NCBI GenBank assembly: GCA_002269645.1
Contig: NIVC01001073.1
Location: forward strand, 1 to 46,297
Reading direction: 5' to 3'
DNA from: Macrostomum lignano
Taxonomy: Eukaryota
DNA length: 46,297 bases
Part shown: positions 43,927 to 46,297 of the stretch, in pieces
How the letters are laid out: every line of letters starts with the position of its first letter
Position numbering within the stretch: position 1 is the first letter of the stretch
Notes under the pieces: generated by a model
Told to the model about the DNA's origin: nothing
Databases searched by the model: none
Seen by the model: the letters and a program-made list of their open reading frames with translations, nothing else
Position numbers and translations under genes: made by a program

Positions 43927-44621
43927 ACATGGACAACCAAGTTGAGAGAATTCCAAGTTGAAATTGGCAGCAGTAGATTTGGTCTTGCCCATAGACACAG
44001 ACAACCAAGTTGAGAGAATTCCAAGTTGAAATTGGCAGCAGTAGATTTGGTCTTGCCCATAGACATAGACAACCAAGTGAGAGAATTCCAAGTTGAAATT
44101 GGCAGCAGTAGATTTGGTCTTGCCATAGACATAGACAACCAAGTTGAGAGAATTCCAAGTTGAAATTGGCAGCAGTAGATTTGGTCTTGCCCATAGACAT
44201 AGACAACCAAGTTGAGAGAATTCCAAGTTGAAATTGGCAGCAGTAGATTTGGTCTTGCCATAGACATAGACAACAAGTTGAGAGAATTCCAAGTTGAAAT
44301 TGGCAGCAGTAGATTTGGTCTTGCCATAGACATAGACAACCAAGTTGAGAGAATTCCAAGTTGAAATTGACAGCAGTAGATTTGGTCTTGCCCATAGACA
44401 TAGACAACCAAGTTGAGAGAATTCCAAGTTGAAATTGGCAGCAGTAGATTTGGTCTTGCCCATAGACATAGACAACCAAGTTGAGAGAATTCCAAGTTGA
44501 AATTGGCAGCAGTAGATTTGGTCTTGCCCATAGACATAGACAACCAAGTTGAGAGAATTCCAAGTTGAAATTGGCAGCAGTAGATTTGGTCTTGCCCATA
44601 GACATAGACAACCAAGTTGAT
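43927..44621. repeat. ~68-bp satellite ~10 copies in the SLC22 intron
   Basis: GACATAGACAACCAAGTTGAGAGAATTCCAAGTTGAAATTGGCAGCAGTAGATTTGGTCTTGCCCATA; copies differ mainly by single-base deletions. Confidence 0.97.
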
Positions 44622-46192
44622 AATTCGGCCATAGACATCGGCACTAAAAAGGACGCCAGCACTGAAATCATTCTTAAACATCCATTTAAGCACTCAAAAC
44701 TGACTATTGAACAACAGTTTGCTCAAACAACTAGCAATTTGCCGACAAAAGCAATATTAGCACACAAAAACCCTAAAATCCCTAAAAATGCCAGGAGGGC
44801 TTTAGCAATCAACAATACCCTATTTTATATTAGCCTGGTAGTTAGCAGCTATCCTAAACTGAAGCCGTAGTTTTTCAGCATTCCCCAATCGAGACTTGGC
44901 GTCTCAGCAACACGCCTTAAATTTTAGATATTAAATTTCTGACGTGCTACTAAACAGTACCATTTGAGGCTATTGTTAGTTAAATTTATTTGTAAAGTCA
45001 AGCACCTAAAAACTGGGTTTCAGATGCGCCCGCAGTCGGGGCATCGGTTCCAATCGCTCCACTTGAATGAGTCGGTAGCCAGAATCTCGAGTCAATCGGC
45101 AAGTGTAGCTATGGCAACGAGACTGGACCAGCCTGTCACGAATGGATTTACGACCAGACCGAGTTCGCCAGTACCTTCGTCACTGAGGTACTGATTGTTT
45201 GAAATACCTAATCATAAGCTTGTATTTAGCTAGCAATGGCTCCATACCACAAACCCTTGCTTCCCAAAGTCAGTTGGTATATGTATCGGATCTAGCATTT
45301 GATAGCAATTCGTTTTTTACGTACGTAGAGCCTTTTAATATTTCGCTCGATCAGCAGGACAGCTAGCTATTGACTACAGATACAAAAATAACTGAATGGG
45401 CCACTCAGCACATTTGCGTGTAAGCTACTTTCAGTTCAGTAGTAAGTTAAACAGAAGCATTTTAATGTATTTTTTAAGCCAAGGCTTATTTATTGGCTCT
45501 TCCCCCCTTACACCCTCCAACCGCGCCTTTCCACACTACCTCCCGCCCCTAATATTTTATTGCCTTTCTCGAAATCCAGCTAAAGCTGTCATGTACATTT
45601 CAGTGGACTGGTAATGTACATTATTGCTGACTATAATTAGCAACTTGTTTACGCCTGCAACCTTGGGCTTCTTTCTAAACTTATCAAAGTCATTTCAGCT
45701 GGCTTTATTTTTAAAAATAGCTTATGTATTCTTCTTTGCACTGAACTGAAAGTAGAAGCTGTTTTACAAAGTATATGCCTGAGTGGCCCATATAGTTATT
45801 TTATTGCTATCTGTGCTATTGACCTGAAAGCGTTCGATCACACACTGTGTGAAGCCTATTTACATCTACATGCCGAAGCTGCATAACTTTTCACCATTCA
45901 TACTGAAGGCTTTATACGGGCCTAAATTTATGTCTGATGTTCGAACAGTGATGTCGGTGGGCGTTAATAGCGGTGTCGATGATGTTACTAGTGGTATCCG
46001 AGGCTCTTAAAGTAGTGTCGGAGGTTTTGTACGCTCGCAATAGTATTTTCCCCAAGATTTTAATAGTAGTGTCTTGTCTAAAGGTCTAAAAGTAAACACT
46101 GACGTTAGAACTTTTAATTTTTAGCTTTCGAGAAGATTATGTAGGAACAGAATTTGAGTCCAAGGTTATGGGATAAGGGTGTGCACCCCCTC

Positions 46193-46258
46193 TGCCTATG
46201 AGGGTAAACGGTTCTGACACTCGCGCCGCGAACCCCTGGTTCGATTCCCGCATAGCCA
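46193..46258 (+). mobile_element. tRNA-like head, probably the start of a SINE truncated by the window end
   Basis: B-box GGTTCGATTCCC; TGCCTATG/CATAGCCA acceptor-like stem; poor cloverleaf. Confidence 0.4.
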
Positions 46259-46297
46259 CATTCATTTTGGAGCGTGTGTGCACAAAATTGGCAGGTG

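Noticed and set aside
43784-44693. Three long minus-strand ORFs (248-295 aa)
   Set aside because: Products of the 68-bp satellite, which lacks stops on that strand; the frames swap at unit indels.

Overview
Eukaryotic (invertebrate animal) genomic DNA; no prokaryotic features. GC-rich, intron-poor host genes and minisatellite-laden introns are reminiscent of a Macrostomum-like flatworm (inference only). Bases ~1-15,000 are an endogenous Polinton/Maverick (adintovirus-like) virus with an essentially full gene set: PLA2-like protein, rve integrase, adenovirus-pX-like protein, protein-primed PolB, adenain protease, a hydrophobic-hairpin protein, a coiled-coil protein, A32-like packaging ATPase, two candidate core proteins, and major and minor capsid proteins. 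Its left five genes are broken by many small indels while the right seven ORFs are intact. It lies just upstream of the terminal exon of a TOGARAM/crescerin-like gene, so it probably sits in an intron. The rest is host DNA: a two-exon Cbl with a non-canonical RING/linker, an intact mariner, a Merlin/ISXO2 relic, a nested non-autonomous transposon stack, a BTB gene, an NPY/NPF-receptor-like GPCR, the first exon of an SLC22-like transporter, tRNA-derived SINEs and many tandem repeats. All family calls come from motif recognition by eye; no database searches were run.
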